A stretch of DNA of 64,000 nt from a bacterium (GCA_963669175.1 OY769902.1:4896001-4960000), one strand, 5' to 3'. Positions 27,841 to 37,989 are shown, counted from the first letter of the stretch. A program made the numbers and translations. The notes: generated from the letters alone by a model not told the origin.

Positions 27841-27960
27841 TGTAATCCTCCTGACTGTTACGCCGGTCCTCGGATCCTTCTCCCGTATTGTATGCGGAAC
27901 CGGCTTACTCGTTATGTCTATCGTTAGTCTTCTTTTACTACTTTCCTCTCCTCTTGCCTC

Positions 27961-28137
27961 ACAGGATAGTAGGATAAAAGGATATCAAGGATATATATTT
28001 TTAAGTTTGAAAGTTTAAAAGTTATAAAGTTAATTAATCTTTAACACACAATCATATCTTACGATATCATGAGAAAGCTTCCACTCAAACCAATTCCTAA
28101 TTCCTAATTCCTCATTTCTAATTCCTAATTACTAATT
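27961..28137. repeat. Nonamer (AGGATA), octamer (AAGTTxxA) and heptamer (AATTCCT) arrays
   Basis: 27961-27993, 28003-28031 and 28092-28137 respectively. Confidence 0.75.
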
Positions 28138-28156
28138 CTGTTCCCATTCTTAATTT

Positions 28157-28912
28157 TTATTTGAGAAGCCTTCCGCTGACCGAAAGTCTCCCCCAGAACA
28201 CAAAGTGGTCAGGGTTGACCGAACGCATCGGTACAAAGGTCGCGGTGAAGCTTGGCGTGACCGTATATTCGAAATATTCCAGTGGCATTGATACACCAAG
28301 ATTGACATCCGAGACGCCCTTTTCATCTTCACCGTTAACGATCAACGGCCATTCCTGCCCCATCAGGCCGACACTGGCGTTGGCAATAACCGGGACGCCA
28401 CTCGCTTCCAATAACTGGGTCGAAGCATATCCCTGGATGTAGGGACCATTCCCGCCCTTGTCATTAAAATCCCAGAACAGCATCACACCGGGACTATAAG
28501 GTGCGTTTACAAAGGTCATTCCACCATAGATTTCATAGGTGGAACTGTACGGATCAGACCAGCCATCCTGAGTGTAGTAGCCCAGGTAAAACAGGCCGCC
28601 GGTCAGGTTCACTCCCTCACTGACCAAACCGTTCCATTCCGCGATCAACTGGATCTCGTCCATAATCGCCGTATGGGGACGATCCGCCAAGGCCCAGGAA
28701 AACCAGGCTTTGGTCATTAAACCGGACTCGCCGATTGTCCACATGGCCGAGGGTTGAAATGCCGGTCTTCCACCGATATTATGGAATCCACGGAACATGT
28801 AATCGGACACGGCCGATGCATCCCAGGTAACCTCCGCCTGCGCACTGAACGGCAGCAAACTTACCATCATCAGAATGGCAAAAACTGCGAAAAATAGTCT
28901 CTGTTTACGCAC
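28157..28912 (-). CDS. TorF-like putative outer-membrane porin
   Basis: AGGAG RBS with GTG 28912, signal peptide, SDYMFRG..PAFQP motif, YYT/EIY strands. Confidence 0.7.
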   Translation of the reverse strand: MRKQRLFFAVFAILMMVSLLPFSAQAEVTWDASAVSDYMFRGFHNIGGRPAFQPSAMWTIGESGLMTKAWFSWALADRPHTAIMDEIQLIAEWNGLVSEGVNLTGGLFYLGYYTQDGWSDPYSSTYEIYGGMTFVNAPYSPGVMLFWDFNDKGGNGPYIQGYASTQLLEASGVPVIANASVGLMGQEWPLIVNGEDEKGVSDVNLGVSMPLEYFEYTVTPSFTATFVPMRSVNPDHFVFWGRLSVSGRLLK

Positions 28913-28913
28913 G

Positions 28914-29690
28914 CTAACTCCTGTTAAATCCAGCTTGGAAATATGCACATTCCTGGCGGATAAAACAATGCTCACATTCGGGTTTACGTGCGTGACAAAT
29001 TTCACGTCCATAGTGAATCAAATGCAGGTGAAACTGGTATGATTTCCCTTCCGGCACCAACGTCTGCATCGCCCAGAATGTTTTATTCCGGTCCGGGCTT
29101 TCCGGCACAAAACCAAACCGCTGACATAAGCGATGGACATGCGTATCTACAGGAAAAACATCCACTCCCAGATCGAAACACATGACCACAGCCAGGGTTT
29201 TCAGGCCCAATCCCTTCAAATGCCCCAGTTCCTGCACTGCCTGGTCAAAGCTGTAATCTTCCAGAATATCAGCCGTGTAGTCGCCGTGATTCTCCTTCAA
29301 CCACTGCAATAACGCCTGGATTCGTTCTGCTTTCTGACGATTCAGCCCGGCCGGTCGCACCACATTCGCAACTTCTTCGAACGGCGCTTCAGCCACTTCC
29401 CGCCATGACTTATATCGCTTCCGTAACGCAGAATACGCCAAATCTCGGTTCTTGTCATTCGTGTTCTGTGAAAGTATGGTCTCTACGAGCCCTTCAAGCG
29501 GATCACGTCGCCCCGGCCAGTCCAATTCCCCCTTTTCCTGCTCAAAAGCATCGACAACACGTTGAACATGAGCAAGTGTATCCGAATCGGGAGAGGGCAG
29601 CGGCTTTCCATTGCGAGTAATGGAACGTGGCTGGGGCTGCTCGTTGGAATGTACAGACTTTTTTGTTTGACGTCGTGATTCACCACTCAC
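28914..29690 (-). CDS. nth: Endonuclease III family HhH-GPD DNA glycosylase with 4Fe-4S cluster
   Basis: TILSQNTND, LKGLGLKT (HhH), FPVDTHVHR, CHARKPECEHCFIRQEC. Confidence 0.88.
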   Translation of the reverse strand: MSGESRRQTKKSVHSNEQPQPRSITRNGKPLPSPDSDTLAHVQRVVDAFEQEKGELDWPGRRDPLEGLVETILSQNTNDKNRDLAYSALRKRYKSWREVAEAPFEEVANVVRPAGLNRQKAERIQALLQWLKENHGDYTADILEDYSFDQAVQELGHLKGLGLKTLAVVMCFDLGVDVFPVDTHVHRLCQRFGFVPESPDRNKTFWAMQTLVPEGKSYQFHLHLIHYGREICHARKPECEHCFIRQECAYFQAGFNRS

Positions 29691-29702
29691 GGACTACTCC
29701 TG

Positions 29703-29904
29703 GAATTAAAAATTAAAAATTAAGAATTGAAAACATCGGGGATCAGAAACTTTGTATAATTAGTAATTAGGAGTTAGGAATTAGGATTTGTTATAGCTTC
29801 AAATACTTGCTGAATAGTTCGACGTTATCTTTAAAGTTTAACCTATATAGACAACTTTACAACTTTACAACTTTACAACTTTACAACTTTACAACTTTCA
29901 ACCT
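29703..29904. repeat. Heptamer (AGGAATT/AAAAATT) and octamer (AACTTTAC) arrays
   Basis: 29758-29789 is the inverse of 28092-28137; 29851-29904 has about 6 ACAACTTT units, the inverse type of 28003-28031. Confidence 0.8.
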
Positions 29905-31196
29905 TCTTTACCTTCTTTACCTTTTTCATTTTTTTCACTTCGCACTTCAAACGGCATCTCGATCGGGATTTCGCCCAAGACTTCAATCGCCGCCGGATCG
30001 ATCCGCAGCACAGCGTCCTCCACATGGCCACCCGGTTCAAAATGCACTTTCGCCAGCTTCAGGAAACGTTTGATCAGGGCGTGACCGTAAGCGTCCAGAG
30101 CCTTGTATTCCTTCTTGTGGAAGCTGCCCTTGAACCGTTCCAGTTCGTCATCTGCGGCAGCGTGGAGGTCTTCTTTCAGCGCTTCAATACCGCCAGCAAA
30201 GGTCTGGGCGCGCATCCATTCCAGAAACTCCGCGACCTGCTGCTCCACGATTTCCTGGGCATCGGGCAGTTTCGAACAACGTCTTTCGGCGGTCTGCTCC
30301 AATTCGTGCTTCAGGTCTTGCAGATCGAATACATGACATTTGTCTATTTCAGCAACAGCAGGATCGATATCACGTGGCACAGCGAGGTCGGCCATGAATA
30401 ACGGACGCTCACGTCCGGTTATCATTTCGTTCTTCACCACATACCCCGGAGCCCCTGTCGCCGTAAAGACCACATCCGCGTTCTGTAACAGGTTGGACAA
30501 CTCTTCCCACTCCCCGACTTCGGACCCGAATGAAGCTGCCATCTTGCGTGCTACATACTCGGTGCGGTTCACCAAGGTTGCTCTCAAGCCTTTTCGCGTC
30601 AGGGTTGTGAGTACGGCTTCCGTAGTCTCATTGGCGCCGATGACAAGGATGTGTTCCGGTTGCGGGAGTTTCTCCAACAGCAGTTCCACCGCAGCGCCGG
30701 GAACACTTCGCGCCCCGGTTCCCAGTTCGGTCTCGGACTTGATGCGTTTGGATACACGGAAACCATGATGGAAAAGCTTGTGCAGCACCTTCCCAGGCCC
30801 GCCGAAGGCACAGGCTTGGGAATAGGCGTCCTTGACCTGCCCACGGATCTGCTCTTCGCCCACAACCAGCGAATCCATACCACTGATGACACGGAACAGG
30901 TGACGCGCCGCGCCAGCGCCGATATGACGATAGGAAAAATCCAGTACAACTTCCGGATTCGCTATTCCACGATTTCGGTAGAACTCTACAATTTCCTTGC
31001 CATGACGTCCCTTGGTGGGATGCACACGGTAGAACTCGACACGGTTACAGGTGGCGACAATGGCAACTTCCTCCACCTCGGACAGGCGTTTCAACTGCAA
31101 GACCGCCTCACCCAGCTCACGCCGGGTCAGTTGAAACGGCTCACGCTCGGAAAGAGTAGCCGTCTTGTGATTTATGCCGAATACTGAAAGGACCAT
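29898..31196 (-). CDS. hemA: Glutamyl-tRNA reductase
   Basis: GINHKTA, ATCNRVEFY (catalytic Cys), HLFRVISGMDSLVVGEEQIRGQVK, DLAVPRDID; start at ATG 31196. Confidence 0.96.
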   Translation of the reverse strand: MVLSVFGINHKTATLSEREPFQLTRRELGEAVLQLKRLSEVEEVAIVATCNRVEFYRVHPTKGRHGKEIVEFYRNRGIANPEVVLDFSYRHIGAGAARHLFRVISGMDSLVVGEEQIRGQVKDAYSQACAFGGPGKVLHKLFHHGFRVSKRIKSETELGTGARSVPGAAVELLLEKLPQPEHILVIGANETTEAVLTTLTRKGLRATLVNRTEYVARKMAASFGSEVGEWEELSNLLQNADVVFTATGAPGYVVKNEMITGRERPLFMADLAVPRDIDPAVAEIDKCHVFDLQDLKHELEQTAERRCSKLPDAQEIVEQQVAEFLEWMRAQTFAGGIEALKEDLHAAADDELERFKGSFHKKEYKALDAYGHALIKRFLKLAKVHFEPGGHVEDAVLRIDPAAIEVLGEIPIEMPFEVRSEKNEKGKEGKEG

Positions 31197-31595
31197 GTTC
31201 CTGTATAGCAAGGTGTTAAGATGTATGTTCGGGCAGAGCAAGATAGGGGAATCTAATTCGTCAGGCAACTCATCGGGAGGTGCGGATTTGCCCTTCGGGA
31301 ACTGAAAGAGACATGTTTCACGCAAAGACGCAAAGGCGCCAAGGAAAGACACGAAGAATAACCTATAGACAGCATTGAGAAACAACCACTCATTTGTTCC
31401 TGCTTGACCGCCGCCCGGCCGCAAGCACACCGGGCCTAATAAATCTGTTCAACTAACAACTCTTTGGCAGTGCAGGACAGCTCGCCACCTTCAAGGACTT
31501 GGGACAATTCTGCTCTTTTTCTTGAGATTGGCTTGTATCGTGGAGTTCTGAAACTCTAGTTTAGAAGAACATCCCTTGTTAAATGCGAGGTCACG

Positions 31596-32960
31596 ATGAA
31601 GCAAGTTCTATTTCTCCTGATGGCGATTATTGTCCTATTGCCAGTGTTGAGTTTCAGCCAGCCGATTCCTGTTCCGGAAGAGTCGTTTCTTCTTTCCCGT
31701 GGACGTGCAGACACGTTGATTCTGACAAGCCAATTTATTCCAATTTGCGATGCTCCGTCCTATTCATTGCTTCTTTTCGCGAATCCAAGGGTAGATTCTG
31801 TATACAGCGTTTACAGTTTTTCCAATGATTATGGCTTTGATATATACCCAGTTGCGACATTGCTTCCTGATTCCATCCTGGATCTGCTTATCAATCCTGA
31901 ATATGACTTGAACCCTCCCTATTGTTATATCGACTATGATCATAGTTTTACAAAAATAAACTATGACACGACCCTGACACTCTCAAATCATTCGTTCAAT
32001 TACATTGTCAAAAATCATGATTGGGAGTATGACTATGTTACGCTGGCCAGCGAGACCGACACCAGCCTGAACTTTTTCAATACCAATGACTTGTGTGAGA
32101 ATGCAGACTGTCATCCAGCAGTATCCATTATGCCCAGACCAGACTCTTTCAAGTTCATGGCCAGCACGTATGAAGGAGATATCGCTGCCATTTGTTTCCA
32201 TGATTCCCTGGACCTTTTCGTAATCAACTGGATGAATTATTATCCGAACCGTATTGAAAGCAGAGATAGCCTCATAATTCAGGATGTCTTGGATTATGCC
32301 ATGATCAATTGCAATTTTTATTGGCTGGGCGCCAGTGAAAATAATCCAGATCAAATAGCGTTGTTTTGCCAGGAAATTGACAGAGACTTATATGTAATTC
32401 ATGAGTTACCCAGCTCAGTTACTCCCCTTCACCTTATCACAGGAGATCCGGAATCAGCCTCTGGCATTATTTGCTGGGAACAGGTGGACAGCACAGGACA
32501 ACACGCTCTTTGCTATTCGTTAAATGGTGAAGTGATAGCCGTCGAGGTTGATTCAGTCATTGATGCGATTACTGTCAACCTTTATAACGCTGCCATCCTC
32601 GCCTGGACCACCCCTGCCGGTGAAGACAGCATTGAAGTATGGAGCAAAGTCATACGTATCTGGGACACGAATGTGGATGAACAAACCACAGGCGTCCCGG
32701 ACCAACATGACCTGGTATCCTGCTATCCCAACCCCTTCAACAGCTCGGTTACTTTCACATTGAAGCCTTCAGCGCAGTATGACCATCTGGTGATCTTCGA
32801 TATCCTGGGACGAGAAGTTGATCGAATCAGCGTTTCACTGACTGGAAGCACACAAGCAATCATCTGGAATGCGTCCGGTTTCAGCGCCGGAACCTATTTC
32901 GCGCGGTTGGAAGGAAATAACAAACATAGCCAGGCAATACGGGTGATGCATCTGAAATAG
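31596..32960 (+). CDS. Secreted protein with T9SS type A-like C-terminal domain (paralog 1)
   Basis: Signal peptide; C-terminal CYPNPFNSSVTF..IFDILGRE..SAGTYFARL..HLK. Confidence 0.85.
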   Translation: MKQVLFLLMAIIVLLPVLSFSQPIPVPEESFLLSRGRADTLILTSQFIPICDAPSYSLLLFANPRVDSVYSVYSFSNDYGFDIYPVATLLPDSILDLLINPEYDLNPPYCYIDYDHSFTKINYDTTLTLSNHSFNYIVKNHDWEYDYVTLASETDTSLNFFNTNDLCENADCHPAVSIMPRPDSFKFMASTYEGDIAAICFHDSLDLFVINWMNYYPNRIESRDSLIIQDVLDYAMINCNFYWLGASENNPDQIALFCQEIDRDLYVIHELPSSVTPLHLITGDPESASGIICWEQVDSTGQHALCYSLNGEVIAVEVDSVIDAITVNLYNAAILAWTTPAGEDSIEVWSKVIRIWDTNVDEQTTGVPDQHDLVSCYPNPFNSSVTFTLKPSAQYDHLVIFDILGREVDRISVSLTGSTQAIIWNASGFSAGTYFARLEGNNKHSQAIRVMHLK

Positions 32961-32974
32961 AAAGGTACAAGGAC

Positions 32975-34384
32975 ATGTCACGCACACATTGGATTGCCCT
33001 CTTGGTCATTTTCTGCTGTTTGTGCCAATTAAGCAATGCGCAACCGGGAGATCAGGAAGAACCCATTCTGTTGTATCGCGGCCAAACTGACACCCTGATC
33101 CTGAAACAAAATTTTGAGTACATTTGTGATCTTGGTATTATTCCCTGGTTACAAGTGATAAATCCTGCAGCCGATTCTGTCTACAATTTTGATTATTACG
33201 GATATGAAGATGAGTTATATGTTGATTACTTTTCGGTTTCATTACCGGATTCAATACAGGATACGCCTGGATTCTTTACTTACTATAATGTGGTATACAT
33301 CTTAAATAACGATTTGCACATAGTTTCCTATGATACTGTAATCGTGGATTCAAGCCGCCATTACAGTCATTTCTATTTCTCTTTCAGCGATTTTTCATAC
33401 GGATATCTGAGTGCAAAGAATGACAGTTCATTGCTCCTTTTTGAGTTTCCTCAACTATATGATGTGGAAGACTATGAGCCTGAAGACTTGCTTGAGTATG
33501 CTTATACACCCTTACCAACAGCATTTCAGATAAACTATTCTTCCATCCGAAGAGCCAGATATTCCAATGTAGCATGCTATTATGACTCCCTTAACCTGAT
33601 TGTCACCAAACATTGGACGTCGGCAAGAGATAGTATTCATGTGGACAATACTCCAGGGATAGCGCTTCTTGATCACAACCTGAACTTTGACTCGTATGAC
33701 TATTCTGACTATTACAGGAGTACTTGCTACTGGTTTCAACAACTTTCCGCAATTCCTCAACCATCATGGTCTATCCAGTGCCAATCTTTGGATGATGTGC
33801 AAGACACCCTGCTTGTGTTGCCATATAGCAATACTCCGACTCGATTGTGGCAATGGCGGAATGCTGAATACGACATCTTATCAGGTCTGGTCTGGGAACA
33901 GATTGATTCAGCAGGGAATCATCAGTTAGGATGGATCGAGTGCGATTCCACATACAAAGGTTATGTTGATGTCGACTCCGTGATGGATGTCTGTCCGGTT
34001 TATTTATGGTGCACCCACGCATTCGCATGGAGTAGCCCAGTCGGGGATGATTCGATAGAAGTCTGGCTGCAAGTTGTTCGAGAATACAGATTGGATGTGA
34101 ATGAAAGTGATCCATCAGTCCCATCAAGCCATGATATTATCTCTTGCTATCCCAATCCCTTTAACAGCACGGTGACTTTCACCATGCAACCCTCAGCGCA
34201 GTATGACCATCTGGTGATCTTCGATATTCTGGGACGAGAAGTAGATCGAATCAGCGTTTCACTGAGCGGAAGCACAAAAGCTATCACCTGGAATGCGTCC
34301 GGTTTCAGCGCCGGAACCTATTTCGCGCGGTTGGAAGGGACAGGTTCTCGGAGTCAACCCGTACGACTTTTACATCTGAAATAA
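32975..34384 (+). CDS. Secreted protein with T9SS type A-like C-terminal domain (paralog 2)
   Basis: Signal peptide; shares RG..DTLIL, WEQ.DS.G.H.L, VDSV.D and DSIEVW with paralog 1; near-identical CTD. Confidence 0.85.
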   Translation: MSRTHWIALLVIFCCLCQLSNAQPGDQEEPILLYRGQTDTLILKQNFEYICDLGIIPWLQVINPAADSVYNFDYYGYEDELYVDYFSVSLPDSIQDTPGFFTYYNVVYILNNDLHIVSYDTVIVDSSRHYSHFYFSFSDFSYGYLSAKNDSSLLLFEFPQLYDVEDYEPEDLLEYAYTPLPTAFQINYSSIRRARYSNVACYYDSLNLIVTKHWTSARDSIHVDNTPGIALLDHNLNFDSYDYSDYYRSTCYWFQQLSAIPQPSWSIQCQSLDDVQDTLLVLPYSNTPTRLWQWRNAEYDILSGLVWEQIDSAGNHQLGWIECDSTYKGYVDVDSVMDVCPVYLWCTHAFAWSSPVGDDSIEVWLQVVREYRLDVNESDPSVPSSHDIISCYPNPFNSTVTFTMQPSAQYDHLVIFDILGREVDRISVSLSGSTKAITWNASGFSAGTYFARLEGTGSRSQPVRLLHLK

Positions 34385-34389
34385 GCGCT

Positions 34390-34775
34390 TGGCCCGACTG
34401 CTTGCTGTCGGGTGTCACGTAGCCCGGCCACCTGTGCGCCAACCGGCGTATGCCTGGCCGGGGAATACCAGGAATCGGGTACTCTTTGCATAGCTCGAGA
34501 TCCCCGGTCACGCCGGGGATGACAAAAGTGGCATGGTTCTGCTATGTAAACAGCCAAAGGCGGGTGGCCCGACTGCTTGCTGTCGGGTGTCACGTAGCCC
34601 GGCCACCTGTGCGCCAACCGGCGTATGCCTGGCCGGGGAATACCAGGAATCGGGTACTCTTTGCATAGCTCGAGATCCCCGGTCACGCCGGGGATGACAG
34701 AAAGCCGGGGTGACAGAAAGCCGGGGATGACAGAAAGAAGCAAAGGATGATATAAAAAGTGGTCGGGGATGACCG
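34390..34775. repeat. Tandem duplication of a 135-bp composite REP (period 175) plus short GCCGGGGATGACA units
   Basis: 34390-34524 and 34565-34699 appear identical; they contain GTAG-CCCGGCCA..TGGCCGGG and ATCCCCGGTCACGCCGGGGATGACA hairpins. Confidence 0.9.
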
Positions 34776-34818
34776 AAAAGCCGGGACAAACCACAGCGGG
34801 TCTGTCCCGGCTTTTCGT
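34775..34818. terminator. Intrinsic terminator downstream of TonB receptor
   Basis: CGAAAAGCCGGGACA...TGTCCCGGCTTTTCG. Confidence 0.65.
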
Positions 34819-34923
34819 TAATTAAACGGGAACTCGATTAAGTTCCCGTTATCGTTATCAGGTGTTACAACCATTCGATATTTCAACCATCCGGCACATT
34901 AACCGGATTGTATACAGTGAAAT

Positions 34924-37719
34924 CTAGAAGGTGTACTTCACGCCGATGTGGCCCCAGGGACGATAGAACTCACGCTGCACCGGGTGATCTTCGTCGCCTT
35001 CGTAGACTACGTACGGCTGATTCAGAATGTTAATCATATCCATGTAAATCTGCATGGTCTTCCAGATACGGTAGCTGGCATTGAAGTCAAGCTGCATGCG
35101 TTCTTTCAGCCAGATGTCGTGGTCTTCATCTTTGCCGACCTCAAGCACCTGCTTGCCACGGTAGTTCATGCTCAAACGTGCGGAGAAGCCAAACTTTTCG
35201 TAGCCAAGCGCGAAGTTGCCGATGTGTTCGGACTGTCCCGGAATGACCGACTCACGCAAATCGCCATCCTCGTTTGTCAGATCAACGGTAGAAGTCGTGT
35301 ACGTGTAGTTGCTATAAATTCCGAAACCAGATGCCCACCCCGGCAGCATATGAAGTTGCTGGTTGTAGGCAATTTCGAAACCGTACAGGGTGGCAGTTTC
35401 GTCAGCATTGACCGGCTGCGAATACTCCCACTCATCTGCGCCTTCCCACACTTTGGTATACAAGTAGTTGTCGATACTCTTCATGAAGAAGCCAGCGGAT
35501 ACGATACCCACGCTGCTGAAGTAATACTCGCCCATCAGGTCGATGTTGGTAGAGAACGCCGGATCCAGTTCCGGGTTACCAAATTTGTACTCTTCATCAT
35601 CGGAGTTCGAAATGATATAGGGAACCAGATCGTAGTAGTCCGGTCGTGCGAGACTCTGGGTTACGGCCAGGCGGAAGTTGATACGATCATCGTAAGCATA
35701 GCGCAAGTGAAGGGACGGCAGCACGTTCATGTAGTCGTTTGTTGCGCTGACCGGACCACTTAGGCTGGGATCGAAATCGCCTTCATCATCGAATACAGCT
35801 TTGAAACCGTCATACTCGATATCGGTCATTTCAATACGGGCGCCAGCTAACAGCATCAGACGGGGATTCAGTTTGACCTGGCCCATCAGGTAACCGGCAT
35901 ACACATTTTCCGTGGCTTCGTAACTCTCGGCCCGGCTGGCTTCGTAATCAACTTCCTTCTCGAATACGTCGCTGTTGTTCTTGTTGGCTTCCCAGTAATC
36001 GCGGGCAGCATCCGGATCAACCGACAACCCGGGCTGGTAGTTGGGATACTCATCGTTCAGGAAACCGTCTGCGTCATAGGTATCGCTGAAGCGGGACAAC
36101 AGGACATCTTCTTCGAACTTGTATTTTATGACATCGTTAGCACGTTCTTTCGATTTCATCCGCGCCTTGGCGCCAACCTTTGCCCATGCCGGCATCGCAG
36201 TCTGGAGGTGGTACTTGGCGTTGAGCTGGAAGGCCAGTTCATCATCTGTGGTCTTGTTATCGCTGCATTCAACATCGTCCATCACGAAGTTGGCCGCGTT
36301 GTTCAAGTCGCCGTAGGAAACACTCAGCGGTGTGAAGGTTGGCGTATCCGGATCGCTGGTGCCGATCTTGAAGTCGATGTCATCATCATACTTCATGCTC
36401 CAGTCGAGGTGTTCCGGCTCAATTTCCTCCGCGTAGCTATAAGAGACATCGTAGTCAAGATCCAGCAGGCCGCTCATCATGGTGTTCTTACCACCAACAC
36501 TGGCCGCCCAGATGCGCTGGACTTCGTAACGATCCTTCAGATCACGTTCGAACTCACCGGTTACAGTACCATCGGTGTTGTAGGATTCATCATCCATGCC
36601 GAAGGTGATGCGGCGACGATATTCCTGATCACCGAACTCATTCCAGTTGAACCGGACATAGTTCAGGTTGTTTTCATCGTGTTCGTAATCGATGTTGATA
36701 CCCAACGCAGCACGGTGGCGGGTAACATCATAGCTGCGCAGTTCCAGCTCTTCGACCGTATTTCGCTCTTCGCCGTCATCAGCGTACTCGATGTCTTTCC
36801 AGGAAATTTCGTTGTTTTCACTGCCACGCTTCGTGACAGAATAGGAACCGCTGAGCATCACGCCGATATTGTTCTTCGCACCCATACGGCGGCCATAGCT
36901 GAACGCGCCCTGCCCAATCGGACCGTTGTTGATCATGTTCATGCCGCCGCCAAGCGTGACATTGCCACGGGGGCGGTCATAGTCCAATGCGCTCTTGGTG
37001 ACGAGGTTGATCGAACCACCAATCGCGTCACCATCCATGTCCGGGGTGAGCGCCTTGTTCAGTTCAATGCTGGCAAGCACGTCTGACGGGATCACATCCA
37101 GCGCTACGGAACGAACGTCGCCTTCCGGCGCCGGGATACGCTGACCGTTGATCATCACGTTATTCAGGTTCGGCTCGGTGCCACGGATTGTCACATAGCG
37201 GCCTTCACCCTGGTCACGCTGAATCGCAACACCCGGCACACGCTGCATGGCTTCTGTCACGTTCGGATCAGGAAAATCACCGATCTGGTCTGCAGCGATA
37301 ATATTTACGATGTTATCGGAAGTACGCTGCTGGTTCAGGGCCAATGCCTGCCCACTTCGCTGCGCGCCGACAAACACCACCTCTTCACCTTCCAGGTACA
37401 GACTGGTCAATGAGGCATCAAGCGTCTCGGAACCACCGGACATGGTGATTTCTTTTTCATATGCCTGATAACCAAGGTAGGTGATATGAAGTGTATAACT
37501 GCCATCCGGAACGGCTACCATACGGAACCGACCGGCGCGGTCCGTATTCACCATATAGGATGTACCATCAAGAACAACATGGGCGCCGACCAGCGGTTCT
37601 CCCGTATCCGCATCTCGAACCTGCCCGGAAATACTGCTGAACTGCGGTGCCGCAATAACCGACGCTGACAAGAGCATCAGTACGGTTGCAATCACTAACA
37701 TGCGACCCAAGTAACGCAT
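34924..37719 (-). CDS. TonB-dependent receptor
   Basis: Signal peptide, carboxypeptidase-regulatory-like N-domain, plug (IGDFPDPNVTEAMQRVPGV..GEGRYVTIRG, DAIGGSINL), GNPELDP, C-terminal GVKYTF. Confidence 0.96.
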   Translation of the reverse strand: MRYLGRMLVIATVLMLLSASVIAAPQFSSISGQVRDADTGEPLVGAHVVLDGTSYMVNTDRAGRFRMVAVPDGSYTLHITYLGYQAYEKEITMSGGSETLDASLTSLYLEGEEVVFVGAQRSGQALALNQQRTSDNIVNIIAADQIGDFPDPNVTEAMQRVPGVAIQRDQGEGRYVTIRGTEPNLNNVMINGQRIPAPEGDVRSVALDVIPSDVLASIELNKALTPDMDGDAIGGSINLVTKSALDYDRPRGNVTLGGGMNMINNGPIGQGAFSYGRRMGAKNNIGVMLSGSYSVTKRGSENNEISWKDIEYADDGEERNTVEELELRSYDVTRHRAALGINIDYEHDENNLNYVRFNWNEFGDQEYRRRITFGMDDESYNTDGTVTGEFERDLKDRYEVQRIWAASVGGKNTMMSGLLDLDYDVSYSYAEEIEPEHLDWSMKYDDDIDFKIGTSDPDTPTFTPLSVSYGDLNNAANFVMDDVECSDNKTTDDELAFQLNAKYHLQTAMPAWAKVGAKARMKSKERANDVIKYKFEEDVLLSRFSDTYDADGFLNDEYPNYQPGLSVDPDAARDYWEANKNNSDVFEKEVDYEASRAESYEATENVYAGYLMGQVKLNPRLMLLAGARIEMTDIEYDGFKAVFDDEGDFDPSLSGPVSATNDYMNVLPSLHLRYAYDDRINFRLAVTQSLARPDYYDLVPYIISNSDDEEYKFGNPELDPAFSTNIDLMGEYYFSSVGIVSAGFFMKSIDNYLYTKVWEGADEWEYSQPVNADETATLYGFEIAYNQQLHMLPGWASGFGIYSNYTYTTSTVDLTNEDGDLRESVIPGQSEHIGNFALGYEKFGFSARLSMNYRGKQVLEVGKDEDHDIWLKERMQLDFNASYRIWKTMQIYMDMINILNQPYVVYEGDEDHPVQREFYRPWGHIGVKYTF

Positions 37720-37989
37720 TTTCCCTCCGTTAGCCTTTAGGTGGGTTTTCTCCCTTTGATAACGGGAAAAACTACACCTTGGCTTTGATTACGGTGAGGA
37801 AATTGTTAGAAATGTGTTAGGCGTTTTAGGTAAATGGCTAAAAATTGCATTTACAAACAGATACACTAACACACACAGAAGAAGGCTCGGAGCCACCAGA
37901 TATCCCCCTTTCTTCTGTTGATGCAATCGTAAGAATACAGACGCTTTCATAACGCTTCTGACAGGAAATAATACCTGATAAAAAGAGAA

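Noticed and set aside
25198-27927. 909-aa ORF antisense to ppdK
   Set aside because: Shadow ORF in register with a highly codon-biased gene; no motifs. The same applies to the antisense ORFs over alaS, the redox operon, the TonB receptor and clpB.
31319-31440. ACGCAAAG-type octamer repeat and GC hairpin upstream of hemA; 78-codon N-terminal extension of hemA in the ORF track
   Set aside because: Only about three degenerate units. The extension is repeat-derived, and HemA homology begins at ATG 31196.
32715-34340. Diversity-generating retroelement TR/VR pair
   Set aside because: Both copies are coding, mismatches are not adenine-specific, and no reverse transcriptase is in the window.
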